The translations under genes were made by a program, and so were the position numbers. This document shows positions 19,131-28,350 of a stretch of 64,000 bases of DNA, piece by piece; position 1 is the first letter of the stretch, and every line of letters starts with the position of its first letter. Below the pieces are notes generated by a model. The model made no database searches. It saw nothing but the letters and a program-made list of their open reading frames with translations, and was not told where the DNA came from. The stretch is from Bacteroidota bacterium (GTDB taxonomy: Bacteria; Bacteroidota; Bacteroidia; CAIKAF01): NCBI GenBank assembly GCA_023432985.1, contig JAEZEQ010000052.1:318-64317 (forward strand), written 5' to 3'.

Positions 19131-20669
19131 ATGGATAAATTTAAATTACTAGAATCTAAGATTGCCGAATCGAAGCTGGGTGGTGGAGAAGAAAGACTTA
19201 AAGCTCAACATGCTAAGGGAAAACTCAGTGCCAGAGAACGTATTGATTTTCTGTTGGATGAAGGCTCTTTTGTGGAAATAGGTGCATTGGTTACCCATAG
19301 AAGCACGAATTTCGGATTGGATAAACAGGTATTTTTAGGCGATGGAGTAGTGACCGGATATGGCACCATTAACGGCCGTACCGTATATGTGTTTTCGCAA
19401 GATTTTACAGTATTGGGAGGTTCACTGGCTGAGGCGCATGCCGAGAAAATTGTGCGTATTATGGATTTGGCTATGAAAACAGGAGCACCCATAATCGGAC
19501 TTAATGATTCGGGAGGAGCCCGTATACAGGAAGGCGTGGTTTCGCTCGGAGCTTATGCCGATATTTTTTATAAAAATACTATGGCCAGCGGGGTTATACC
19601 CCAAATTTCGGCCATAATGGGTCCCTGCGCCGGTGGGGCTGTTTATTCACCCGCCATTACCGATTTTATCTTAATGGTAGAAAATAGTTCCTATATGTTT
19701 GTGACCGGTCCGAATGTGGTGAAAACGGTGACGCATGAAGAAGTTAGCTCGGAAGAACTGGGTGGAGCCTCAACGCATAGCAGTAAGTCCGGGGTTACCC
19801 ATTTTTCTTGTGCAAATGAAATCGAATGTATACAGAATATTCGCGCTATGTTGAGTTATATGCCTCAAAATTGCGAAGAAGCTGCTCCCGTTTATGTATA
19901 CGAAAAAGGGGATGAACGCAGAAAAAAACTCAATACCATAGTACCCGATAATGCCAATCTGCCCTATGATATGCGCGATGTAATTCTGGAAGTTTGTGAT
20001 GAAAACAGCTTTTTGGAAGTGCATAAAAATTTTGCCGAAAATATAGTTGTAGGCTTTGTCCGTATTGCCGGTAGAAGTATTGGTGTGGTTGCCAATCAGC
20101 CCGCTTATCTGGCGGGTGTACTCGATAATAATGCATCGACCAAAGCCGCACGTTTTGTGCGTTTCTGCGATAGCTTTAATATACCTTTACTCGTATTTGA
20201 AGATGTGCCCGGATTCCTTCCCGGAACCGACCAGGAATGGAATGCCATTATTACAAATGGAGCTAAATTACTTTATGCTTTCTGTGAAGCAACTGTTCCA
20301 CGCATTACTGTAATTACCCGTAAAGCCTATGGTGGCGCCTATGATGTGATGAACAGTAAGCATATTGGTGCAGATATGAATTTTGCCTGGCCTTCGGCCG
20401 AAATTGCCGTAATGGGTGCCAAAGGTGCTGCCGAAATTATCTTTAAAAAGGAAATTAGTCAGGCCGAAAATCCCGAACAAAAATGGAAAGAAAAAGAAGC
20501 AGAATATGCAGCACTTTTCGCTAATCCATATATTGCCGCCGCCAGAGGTTATGTAGATGCGGTGATTAAACCCGAGGAAACACGCATTCAACTTATACGT
20601 GCATTCGAAATGCTGCAAAACAAAGCCGAAAAATTACCGGTGAAAAAACATGGGAATATTCCCTTGTAA
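19131..20669 (+). CDS. Acyl-CoA carboxylase carboxyltransferase (beta) subunit, propionyl-/methylmalonyl-CoA type
   Basis: 512 aa. Collinear with PccB/MmdA-type carboxyltransferases: [38 protein letters not shown] and [18 protein letters not shown]. Confidence 0.9.
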   Translation: MDKFKLLESKIAESKLGGGEERLKAQHAKGKLSARERIDFLLDEGSFVEIGALVTHRSTNFGLDKQVFLGDGVVTGYGTINGRTVYVFSQDFTVLGGSLAEAHAEKIVRIMDLAMKTGAPIIGLNDSGGARIQEGVVSLGAYADIFYKNTMASGVIPQISAIMGPCAGGAVYSPAITDFILMVENSSYMFVTGPNVVKTVTHEEVSSEELGGASTHSSKSGVTHFSCANEIECIQNIRAMLSYMPQNCEEAAPVYVYEKGDERRKKLNTIVPDNANLPYDMRDVILEVCDENSFLEVHKNFAENIVVGFVRIAGRSIGVVANQPAYLAGVLDNNASTKAARFVRFCDSFNIPLLVFEDVPGFLPGTDQEWNAIITNGAKLLYAFCEATVPRITVITRKAYGGAYDVMNSKHIGADMNFAWPSAEIAVMGAKGAAEIIFKKEISQAENPEQKWKEKEAEYAALFANPYIAAARGYVDAVIKPEETRIQLIRAFEMLQNKAEKLPVKKHGNIPL

Positions 20670-20696
20670 TACTGGGTGGTAGACATATAAAAAGAA

Positions 20697-20722
20697 AGAA
20701 GGGAAATTCGCATTTCCCTTCT
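20697..20722. terminator. Hairpin terminator between the convergent carboxyltransferase and yidC genes
   Basis: 11-bp perfect stem agaagggaaat/atttcccttct with 4-nt loop tcgc. The flanking A/T runs are weak. Confidence 0.5.
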
Positions 20723-20816
20723 TTCAAAACCAACCCTTATGAAAACTAGGTCAAAAGTAAGGCTGATTTAATTATTTTCCAAATTTTAGTTTACTTTTTT
20801 TGAAGCTTTTAACAAA

Positions 20817-22808
20817 CTAGTTTTTCTTTTTCTTTTTCAATTCTTCGCTTCTTTGCTGTTGTATTTTTTGCATTTCTTCCAAACGAGCTGCAAATCCGCC
20901 TTTTTTCTTAGATTCAGGTCTTGCCTTATTCTCTTCGATTTTGGCTCTTAATTTGTTTTCATCAATAATGAAATAACGAATGATGAGTGTTTGAATGATG
21001 CTGATCAGGTTAGAAAGGAAATAATAATATGACAATGCGGCACTATAGCTGTTCAAAAATACCAAAAAGGCTACAGGCATTACGTACATCATAATTTTCA
21101 TTTGTGCAGCCTGAGGTCCGGTCATCGTACTCATATTTTGCGACATTTTGGTATACATTACTGTGGTAACGGTCATCAAAATGGCAAATAAACTTATATG
21201 TCCCCCATAAAATGGAATTGAAAAACCTCCGGGGAATTTGTATATGCTGTCCCAGCTCGATAAGTCGTCGGCCCAGAGGAATCCCTCTCCTCTTAATTCG
21301 ATAGATGCTGGGAAAAAGCTAAACATGGCAAATAGGATGGGCATTTGCAATAAGGCCGGAATACAACCTGCAAGGGGATTTACACCTGCTTTATTGTATA
21401 AGGCCATTAAGGCTTGCTGCTTTTTCATCGGGTCTGCATCTTTGAATTTCTCATTTAATGCATCCACATCCGGTTTTAAAACCCGCATTTTTGCCGATGA
21501 TAAAAAGGTTTTATAGGTTACCGGCGATACTATGGTTTTTACCATTAAGGTAAGTATGAGTATGATTATACCATAGCTTAGATTATAGCTGTCGAGCCAT
21601 TGGAATACATTAATGATAAATAGGGTATTGATCCAACGGAATAGTTTCCAACCCAGGTTGATTTGATCTTCCAGTTCTAAATCGTACTTTTTTAGAATTT
21701 TAAAGTCTTTTGGTCCGGCATACAAGCGCATTTTATACGATTCGGTTCCGGCTCCGGCATAGGCCAAAGGTAGCTCTGCTTGATAGGTGCGAATCGTTCC
21801 ATCGCTTGAAGCTTCTACTTGTTTGGTTTCTAATTTTATCTTGCCACTGAAGGAAGCATCGCTAATAAGGGTAGTGGTGAAAAATTGTTGGGTAAAACCA
21901 ATCCATTTCACAGGTTTTTCAATTTCTTCACTTTCTTCTGTTCCATATCCTATATCGTCTATTGAACCATCTTCCCAATAGGTAATCGTACTTTTTTGGT
22001 TTTCTAATGTTGCGTCTTTTTCTTGCGAAGCAACCGCTTGATACCAGTTTAGTTTGAGCGAACTGCCCGGTAACAACTCTTTTCCTATATCCACTATATT
22101 GATGCGAAAATCGGCCATATAATCATTGGCCTTTATTATATATAGGTATTCGATATAATTTTGATTCGAACCGGCATATAATTTCATGGAAATCTGCGCC
22201 GTTTCATCACCGCTTATTTTTTTGCTTGCTCCATCAATGCTAAAATACATATCTGCGGTTTGCAGCATTTTGCCATTATTGAGCGGAATGGGAATATTCA
22301 TCCCCGATAAATGTGCCTGATACATATCAACCAAAGGCGCATTGTCTTTATTTTCCTGATATTTTTTAAATTCTTTAAGTCGAATATTTTTCAACTGTCC
22401 ACCCTTATTCGAAAAGCTGTAAATAGCCAGATCGGTTTCAATCTCAATCAGCTCCTCTTTTCCCTGTGCTTGATCTGCAAACGAACCCAATTGCTCCTTA
22501 AGTTGAAGACTTTTTACGGAATCCATTTTTGCTTGTTGCAGCTCTGCCGGTAAATGGGCAAAAATACTGTCTTGCGATAATTGCATTACAATTTCACGAT
22601 CTACAGATTCTGTCGGTGCTGCAGTTTTAAGTGTGGCAGCGGCAGCTGAATCAAGCTTTCGTTGATATTCCATCGCCTTAAGCGTGGAGTCTCTTTGGGC
22701 AATTTGGCGCGCCCGATCTTCTTTACTCGGCGATTGCCAAATAGAAAATCCTATGACTACCGCAAAAATTAAAAATAATCCAATGACCGTATTCTTGTCG
22801 AATTTCAT
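20817..22808 (-). CDS. yidC: Membrane protein insertase YidC
   Basis: The ATG at 22808 gives MKFDKNTVIGLFLIFAVV, the N-terminal TM. A large periplasmic domain follows. The conserved Oxa1 core (GCIPALLQMPILFAMF) and a basic C-tail complete the protein. Confidence 0.9.
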   Translation of the reverse strand: MKFDKNTVIGLFLIFAVVIGFSIWQSPSKEDRARQIAQRDSTLKAMEYQRKLDSAAAATLKTAAPTESVDREIVMQLSQDSIFAHLPAELQQAKMDSVKSLQLKEQLGSFADQAQGKEELIEIETDLAIYSFSNKGGQLKNIRLKEFKKYQENKDNAPLVDMYQAHLSGMNIPIPLNNGKMLQTADMYFSIDGASKKISGDETAQISMKLYAGSNQNYIEYLYIIKANDYMADFRINIVDIGKELLPGSSLKLNWYQAVASQEKDATLENQKSTITYWEDGSIDDIGYGTEESEEIEKPVKWIGFTQQFFTTTLISDASFSGKIKLETKQVEASSDGTIRTYQAELPLAYAGAGTESYKMRLYAGPKDFKILKKYDLELEDQINLGWKLFRWINTLFIINVFQWLDSYNLSYGIIILILTLMVKTIVSPVTYKTFLSSAKMRVLKPDVDALNEKFKDADPMKKQQALMALYNKAGVNPLAGCIPALLQMPILFAMFSFFPASIELRGEGFLWADDLSSWDSIYKFPGGFSIPFYGGHISLFAILMTVTTVMYTKMSQNMSTMTGPQAAQMKIMMYVMPVAFLVFLNSYSAALSYYYFLSNLISIIQTLIIRYFIIDENKLRAKIEENKARPESKKKGGFAARLEEMQKIQQQRSEELKKKKKN

Positions 22809-22828
22809 GTGCTGTGTTTTGAAAAGCG

Positions 22829-22836
22829 CAAAATTA
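22829..22836 (-). promoter_or_regulatory. Candidate -7 box (TAATTTTG on the minus strand) for yidC
   Basis: Plus-strand CAAAATTA, 20 nt upstream of the ATG at 22808. It lies inside the longer ORF-track model and supports the shorter start. Confidence 0.4.
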
Positions 22837-22912
22837 AGCATTCGAAACGCAATAACAAGCATTCCGACTCTTTTGTTTCTATGATGGTGATTTTTGCTGA
22901 ATTCCCGGCTTT

Positions 22913-23839
22913 TTATTTTTCTTCAACCCAGTCTTCCATTTGCTCTTTTTTCAGATCTAAATGGGTGGATTGCGTATAAACGCTGTCGTTTTTCACCCAA
23001 TATATGGTGGGTACTGAGCCACCTGCCATAGAAAAGAATATTTTCCGATTGGGTAATAAATAATGAGGAACAGACTCGGATTTGGTTTCAGTTAAAAAAT
23101 TGTCCAAATGAGTCGGGTCTCCATTGTATACAATGAAAATGGGCAAATTGGGATTTTGTTTCTGTATAATGCCGATTTTGGTAGCCGCCACCTTACAATG
23201 CGAACAACCCAAACTTAAAAATCCGACAAAATGTTTACCGTTTCTTAATTCTACAGGCGGAATGGGAAGCTCGGTCTGATTATATAAGGTGTCTAAACCC
23301 AGTTTGAATCGGTCATTGCGTTCATACATCCGACTCGAAGTGGCGTAATTCATGGGGTTAAGTATAAATGGCAATAGTAAAACCACCACTGCAACAATCA
23401 GGCTTAGTATTTTTGCTAATCGTTGTTTTTTAAATTGCATAGGTCTGAAACTATACCAAGCTAAACCCAATAGTATAAACAGTCCCAGATTTTTTAGTAA
23501 AGCCTGTGCCGGCGTAAAAGGAATCAATTCCCCGAAACAGCCACAATTAGACGTATCTCCGGCCGCAATTTGTACGAGCAATTGTAAAGAAAAAATGAGG
23601 AGAATTGCCAAAGTGGCCATCCAAACTTTTTTATTGAAATTCCAATAGAATAGCAAAAGTATACCCAAGGCCCATTCTAATCCGATTAATAACCTGGCCA
23701 AAAGAAGCGAAAATTCCCAGGAAATGCCGGCTTCTACCAATTTGTATTCGAAAGGCTCAATTAATATAATCTTGCTATAGCCCGAAAATATAAAGAGTAA
23801 GCCTATAAGTATGTGCAGAAATATGCTTAGAAATTTCAT
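22913..23839 (-). CDS. MauE/DoxX-family membrane protein fused to a thioredoxin-like (TlpA-type) domain
   Basis: 308 aa. Four or five TM helices with the CGCFG motif typical of MauE/DoxX redox membrane proteins. The C-terminal soluble domain carries a CXXC motif (LGCSHCK). Confidence 0.7.
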   Translation of the reverse strand: MKFLSIFLHILIGLLFIFSGYSKIILIEPFEYKLVEAGISWEFSLLLARLLIGLEWALGILLLFYWNFNKKVWMATLAILLIFSLQLLVQIAAGDTSNCGCFGELIPFTPAQALLKNLGLFILLGLAWYSFRPMQFKKQRLAKILSLIVAVVVLLLPFILNPMNYATSSRMYERNDRFKLGLDTLYNQTELPIPPVELRNGKHFVGFLSLGCSHCKVAATKIGIIQKQNPNLPIFIVYNGDPTHLDNFLTETKSESVPHYLLPNRKIFFSMAGGSVPTIYWVKNDSVYTQSTHLDLKKEQMEDWVEEK

Positions 23840-23868
23840 AAAAAAAGCCGATCAATATTTGATCGGCT
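23840..23868 (-). terminator. Rho-independent terminator of the small lipoprotein gene
   Basis: 10-bp perfect stem agccgatcaa/ttgatcggct with 3-nt loop, followed on the minus strand by T7. The T-run abuts the ATG of the next gene at 23839. Confidence 0.7.
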
Positions 23869-23886
23869 AAATTACTTAATTTTTTC

Positions 23887-24129
23887 TTAGTTCAATTTGC
23901 AGTTTGCAGTATTGTTATAATAAGAATTTAAAGATGCTTCTAAGTTTTCACAAGCTTGTTTTTGTTGTTTTTTGCTTGTTCCAAAAGCACCACCAATATA
24001 GTCTTCTTGTTGTGTGTATACCTGACCACCATCCGTATAGGTGCAATCACATACACGAGATTTTACTAAACATGATGAAGTGCTTAATACAAAAGCAGCT
24101 ACGCCGAAAAATAATAATGTCTTTTTCAT
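23887..24129 (-). CDS. Small Cys-rich lipoprotein, hypothetical
   Basis: 80 aa. Signal plus lipobox (FVLSTSSC) and four further Cys. It has its own -7 box and terminator. Confidence 0.6.
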   Translation of the reverse strand: MKKTLLFFGVAAFVLSTSSCLVKSRVCDCTYTDGGQVYTQQEDYIGGAFGTSKKQQKQACENLEASLNSYYNNTANCKLN

Positions 24130-24149
24130 AATATGATTTAATTTTGATG

Positions 24150-24157
24150 CAAAGATA
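24150..24157 (-). promoter_or_regulatory. Candidate -7 box (TATCTTTG on the minus strand) for the small lipoprotein gene
   Basis: Plus-strand CAAAGATA, 20 nt upstream of the ATG at 24129. Confidence 0.4.
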
Positions 24158-24305
24158 AAGGTTTAGTTTAAATATCAAAAAATAAGTGCTTCAAAATTGA
24201 AATAAGGTATTTTTTTTATTTTCCGTTTTTATTTTTACCTTTATCCGGTTATTAAATTACGCATTGTTAATCAGTGTACTATAAATTTTCTATTTTTACA
24301 ACTTT

Positions 24306-25754
24306 ATGAAAAACATACCCTGCTTTGCCGACTTTCACATCCACCCGAATTTAAAATCTTTCAATTCAGGACATCCGACTCCAACCGCTAATATGTGGGA
24401 TAAAATCGAGCATATGAAACCCAAAGGAAGTGCAGGTCGTTTTGCCGTGAATAACTCCAAAGGTGTCGGAAAGGAAAGTCAGACCAATTTTTATAATTTA
24501 ATGGAAGGCAATGTGCGCACTGCTTTTATCTCGCTTTATCCCATGGAGCGCGGTTTTTTTGATATACGCAATTTACCTAAAACTCTAGCCGGAAAAAGAG
24601 GGGTAGACGAACTCTCGGCTATAACTATGGGCTATGATATTGGACGTATTCAATACCTTCGAAAAGGAACCGATTATTTTAATGAATTGCAACTGGAGTA
24701 TAATTATGTGAAAGCGCAACAGGGAAGTTCGCCCTGCGGTAAATATGCGTTTAAGTTGGTCAATAGTTATTCCGAACTGAAAGATGTCAACGATAATAAA
24801 CCCAATACAATTGCAGGTATACTGCAAATTGAAGGCGGCCATGTTTTGTTTGATAAAGAAATGCTTTCCGGGAAATTGCCCAAAAAAGAAATGAAGGCGA
24901 AGATTAAAGAGCATGTAGTCGCCATTAAGGAATGGGAAACACCACCCTTAATGATGAATATATCGCATCATTTTTATAATGAATTATGCGGCCATTCAAA
25001 AAGCTTTAATTTCTTGGTGGGAAGCGGGTTTTTGAATCAGCGCCGCGGTATGGAAAGCGGTCTAACCGGCTATGGCATTAAAGCTATGAAGGAATTGCTG
25101 AGTAATTCGAACGGAAAACGTATATATATCGATTCCAAACATATGAGTCTGCAAGCACGTAAAGAATATTACAATTGGGTGCGCAGTTATAATTATCTCA
25201 ATAAAAATGACAATATTCCCCTTATCATATCGCATACCGGTGTAAATGGCTTTAAGACCATGAGCGGATCGCTTATTAAACCCGATAGCGATAACAAAAA
25301 TTCTAAAAGTAATTTCTTCAACTGGAGTATTAACAACAGCGATGAGGAAATTGGCTATATCCATCAGACTAAAGGATTGATGGGCTTTATGCTCGACAGA
25401 ACAAAATTGGGCGGAGGCAGGTTTATTAAGGAATTGAAAAGTCTGAAAAAAGAGGAAGAAATAAAGGATGCCTATATGCGTATGTTTTGGGAAAATATTT
25501 TTCAAGTCATACGCGCAGTAGGTCACGCATCTGCCTGGGATATGATTTGTATTGGCAGTGATCTCGATGGAGGTATATTTACTATGGAATATTATGATTC
25601 GGCTTCTAAATTTCCTCTCCTATATAACGATATGTATTCCTACCTGCGACGTACCAAAATGGAAAAAGCTTTATGGTACGGAATGAAAGAGGAAGATTTA
25701 CTCGACCGAATTTTTTATAAGAATGTAATGCTTTTCTGTGAAAGATATTTTTAG
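24306..25754 (+). CDS. Membrane-dipeptidase (peptidase M19)-like metallohydrolase
   Basis: 482 aa. Order of motifs resembles M19/amidohydrolase-fold enzymes: N-terminal DFHIHPN, QIEGGH, ISHHF, IISHTG and IGSDLDGG. Large insertions relative to typical M19 proteins. Family-level call only. Confidence 0.5.
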   Translation: MKNIPCFADFHIHPNLKSFNSGHPTPTANMWDKIEHMKPKGSAGRFAVNNSKGVGKESQTNFYNLMEGNVRTAFISLYPMERGFFDIRNLPKTLAGKRGVDELSAITMGYDIGRIQYLRKGTDYFNELQLEYNYVKAQQGSSPCGKYAFKLVNSYSELKDVNDNKPNTIAGILQIEGGHVLFDKEMLSGKLPKKEMKAKIKEHVVAIKEWETPPLMMNISHHFYNELCGHSKSFNFLVGSGFLNQRRGMESGLTGYGIKAMKELLSNSNGKRIYIDSKHMSLQARKEYYNWVRSYNYLNKNDNIPLIISHTGVNGFKTMSGSLIKPDSDNKNSKSNFFNWSINNSDEEIGYIHQTKGLMGFMLDRTKLGGGRFIKELKSLKKEEEIKDAYMRMFWENIFQVIRAVGHASAWDMICIGSDLDGGIFTMEYYDSASKFPLLYNDMYSYLRRTKMEKALWYGMKEEDLLDRIFYKNVMLFCERYF

Positions 25755-25791
25755 CTTTATAGCCCGAATCGAAAAGTCGGGTTTATAAGCT

Positions 25792-26790
25792 ATGTCTTTT
25801 ATTTTTAATTCGTGGTACCCTTTGTGTTTTTTCGAAGAATTGGAAAAACAAAATCCCTTGCCCAAAAAAATATTGGGTAAAAACTTGTTGATTTTCAAGA
25901 ATAACAAAGGCGAAATTGGCGTTCTGGAAGATCGATGCTGTCACCGTAATGTACAGCTGAGTTTGGGAAGTCCCCATGGCGAAGGTATACGCTGCGCCTA
26001 TCATGGATGGACCTATAATATACACGGAAAATGTATAGATATTCCATCTTTACCTAAAGACAAGGATATTCCCACGGCTTGCAAGGTGATAAGTTATCCC
26101 CTGCGATTGGATTATAATATAGTTTGGGTTTGGTTAGGTGACCCCGAAAAGAGGGATGAGTCCGCCCTGCCTCCATTGCCCGAAATGCATCATATGCCGC
26201 GGGTTTTCAATTACCATTACTTTAAAGGCGATTTGATGCAGGTTGCCGAAAGTCTCATCGATGCCTATCATATCAATCATGTACACAAAAATTCTATTCA
26301 AGGTATCATGGGACATTTGCATGAAGGGCAGGTGGATTTTAACCTGAACCTGAGCGAAAATGCCCTCACCGGCACTTATCTGCGCAAGAATGAAGGAAGT
26401 ATTTTCGAGAAATTTTATTTCGGATCTCAACCTTATATCACGACCCATTTTGGCTTTTGGTTTCCGCATACATCCAAACTCGATATAGCCTTTCCTAAGC
26501 GAAGAATGGTGATTTATGAGTTTTTTTACCCCGTAGACGAAGCGCAAATTTGCCTCATACAAATTACCCTTTGGGAAAATATATTCGCACTTTTTCCTGC
26601 TTTTGCACGAAATTTTATGGCTCGAAAATCGGAAAAAATCGTGGAAGAAGATTTGGTTTTTCTCGAAAATAGTTATGCCCTTAAACAAGAAAATCAATAC
26701 AAAGATCTCTTGGTGAGTCCCTCCGACGAAGTGAGTCTCGCTTTTATAAAATTATGGAAGAATAATATCAGTACGCATGAAGACTGTTAG
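25792..26790 (+). CDS. Rieske [2Fe-2S] non-heme iron oxygenase (PaO/KshA-like alpha subunit)
   Basis: 332 aa. Rieske motif CCHRNVQL-x14-CAYHGW (C-x-H ... C-x2-H). Mononuclear iron motif D-x2-H-x4-H (DAYHINHVH). Confidence 0.8.
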   Translation: MSFIFNSWYPLCFFEELEKQNPLPKKILGKNLLIFKNNKGEIGVLEDRCCHRNVQLSLGSPHGEGIRCAYHGWTYNIHGKCIDIPSLPKDKDIPTACKVISYPLRLDYNIVWVWLGDPEKRDESALPPLPEMHHMPRVFNYHYFKGDLMQVAESLIDAYHINHVHKNSIQGIMGHLHEGQVDFNLNLSENALTGTYLRKNEGSIFEKFYFGSQPYITTHFGFWFPHTSKLDIAFPKRRMVIYEFFYPVDEAQICLIQITLWENIFALFPAFARNFMARKSEKIVEEDLVFLENSYALKQENQYKDLLVSPSDEVSLAFIKLWKNNISTHEDC

Positions 26791-28270
26791 AAATTATATT
26801 CAAAATAAACTGCAGAATTATAAGGTTCCCTTAAACCGGGTCGATTCCTCCTTGCCCCTAAAAGGAAATAATTTACCCCGGGTGGCCGTCATTGGAGGGG
26901 GATTGGCAGGAATGACCGCTGCACTTGAACTTGCAGAAAAAGGATTCCGTGTAACGCTCTATGAAAAAAATTCATATTGGGGCGGAAAATTGGGCAGTTG
27001 GACTTTTGCCGATGGAGATAAAGAACTGCGCACCACACACGGTTTTCACGCATTTTTCAATCAGTATTATAACCTCAATTCCCTGCTTGAAAAATTGCAT
27101 GTTTCCGATGCATTAATCGATATTGACGATTATAAGATTTTATTTAATGAACAGGAATCGGTCGGGTTTAAAGGTTTGGATACCACTCCTGTATTCAATG
27201 TCTTGGCCCTTAGAAAAAGAGGAATTTTTCATTGGACGACCTTCCTTAATCCCCTCTGTATTCCACTTTTAGATCTGTTTCGCTACGACGAAAAAAAGAC
27301 CTTCCGAAAATATGACCATATGAGTTTTGCCGATTTTGCCCGTAAAACCATGATGCCCGCAAAAATGAAAGTGGTCTTCAGCTCCTTTGCACGCGCCTTC
27401 TTTGCAGAGCCCGACAAAATGAGTATGGCCGAACTGATTAAAGGGTTTCATTTTTATTTTCTTAGTAATGATAAAGGTCTGCTATATAAAACATTAAACG
27501 ATGATTTTGAATATAGCTTATTGCAACCTTTTCTGAAAGAATTGGAAAAAAATGGGGTGAATCTGCGCTTGCAAACGGAGGTGAAACGTTTGGCAAAAAC
27601 TGAAGAATTTTTCGAAGTAAATGATGAGCAATACGAGCATGTAATTCTTAGCCTGGATCCCAAAGGAGCTAAAGCTTTGGCTGAAATTTCTAACGGATTG
27701 CACGTAAACGATTTCTCGATTTTGAACGGATTGAAAAGTGGTACCTATTATGCTGTGTATAGGCTGTGGACCAATCAGTTCGAAAAGAAAAAAATGCCGT
27801 TTTTTGTCATAACCGACAAGAAAAAAGTACTCGACAGCATTACCTTTTATCATGATGTAGAAAAAGAAAGTCAGCGCTGGAGCCGTGAAAATAATGGAGG
27901 CATTTTCGAATTGCATTCCTATTCTTTACCCGAAGATATGACAGATGAGGAGGAAATTAAACAAGCATTTTTGGAAGAGTTTTTCCATTATGTACCCGAA
28001 TTGAAAGGTATGGAAATCAAACATACATATTTTCAGTACAAAAACGATTTCCCTGCATTTCATATAGGTCAGCGGGCAAAGAGACCCGAAGTAGAAATGG
28101 AAACAGAGGGACTCTATTGTGCGGGCGATTGGATTAAAATGGATAATCCCTCCATGTTGATGGAAGCAGCCTGTACCTCGGCTATACTGGCCTCGAATGC
28201 CATTTGTCGTAAATATCAAATTCGCGAAACCCCATTATATTCCGTGCCTTTAAAAGGTGTATTGGCCTAG
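26777..28270 (+). CDS. FAD-dependent oxidoreductase of the amine-oxidase/carotenoid-desaturase superfamily
   Basis: 497 aa. Dinucleotide fold VAVIGGGLAGMTAALELAEKGFRVTLYEKNSYWGGK. C-terminal GLYCAGDW FAD-binding motif. 14-nt overlap with the Rieske gene. Confidence 0.75.
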   Translation: MKTVRNYIQNKLQNYKVPLNRVDSSLPLKGNNLPRVAVIGGGLAGMTAALELAEKGFRVTLYEKNSYWGGKLGSWTFADGDKELRTTHGFHAFFNQYYNLNSLLEKLHVSDALIDIDDYKILFNEQESVGFKGLDTTPVFNVLALRKRGIFHWTTFLNPLCIPLLDLFRYDEKKTFRKYDHMSFADFARKTMMPAKMKVVFSSFARAFFAEPDKMSMAELIKGFHFYFLSNDKGLLYKTLNDDFEYSLLQPFLKELEKNGVNLRLQTEVKRLAKTEEFFEVNDEQYEHVILSLDPKGAKALAEISNGLHVNDFSILNGLKSGTYYAVYRLWTNQFEKKKMPFFVITDKKKVLDSITFYHDVEKESQRWSRENNGGIFELHSYSLPEDMTDEEEIKQAFLEEFFHYVPELKGMEIKHTYFQYKNDFPAFHIGQRAKRPEVEMETEGLYCAGDWIKMDNPSMLMEAACTSAILASNAICRKYQIRETPLYSVPLKGVLA

Positions 28271-28323
28271 TTTTTTTTTGAGGAATAGTCCTGAAAATTT
28301 GAAAATTATTCGCTCTTTCTTGT

Positions 28324-28331
28324 TATCTTTG
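28324..28331 (+). promoter_or_regulatory. Candidate -7 box (TATCTTTG) for guaB
   Basis: Exact TAnnTTTG 19 nt upstream of the ATG at 28351. Confidence 0.45.
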
Positions 28332-28350
28332 CCCAATTTTTTAGTACTAT

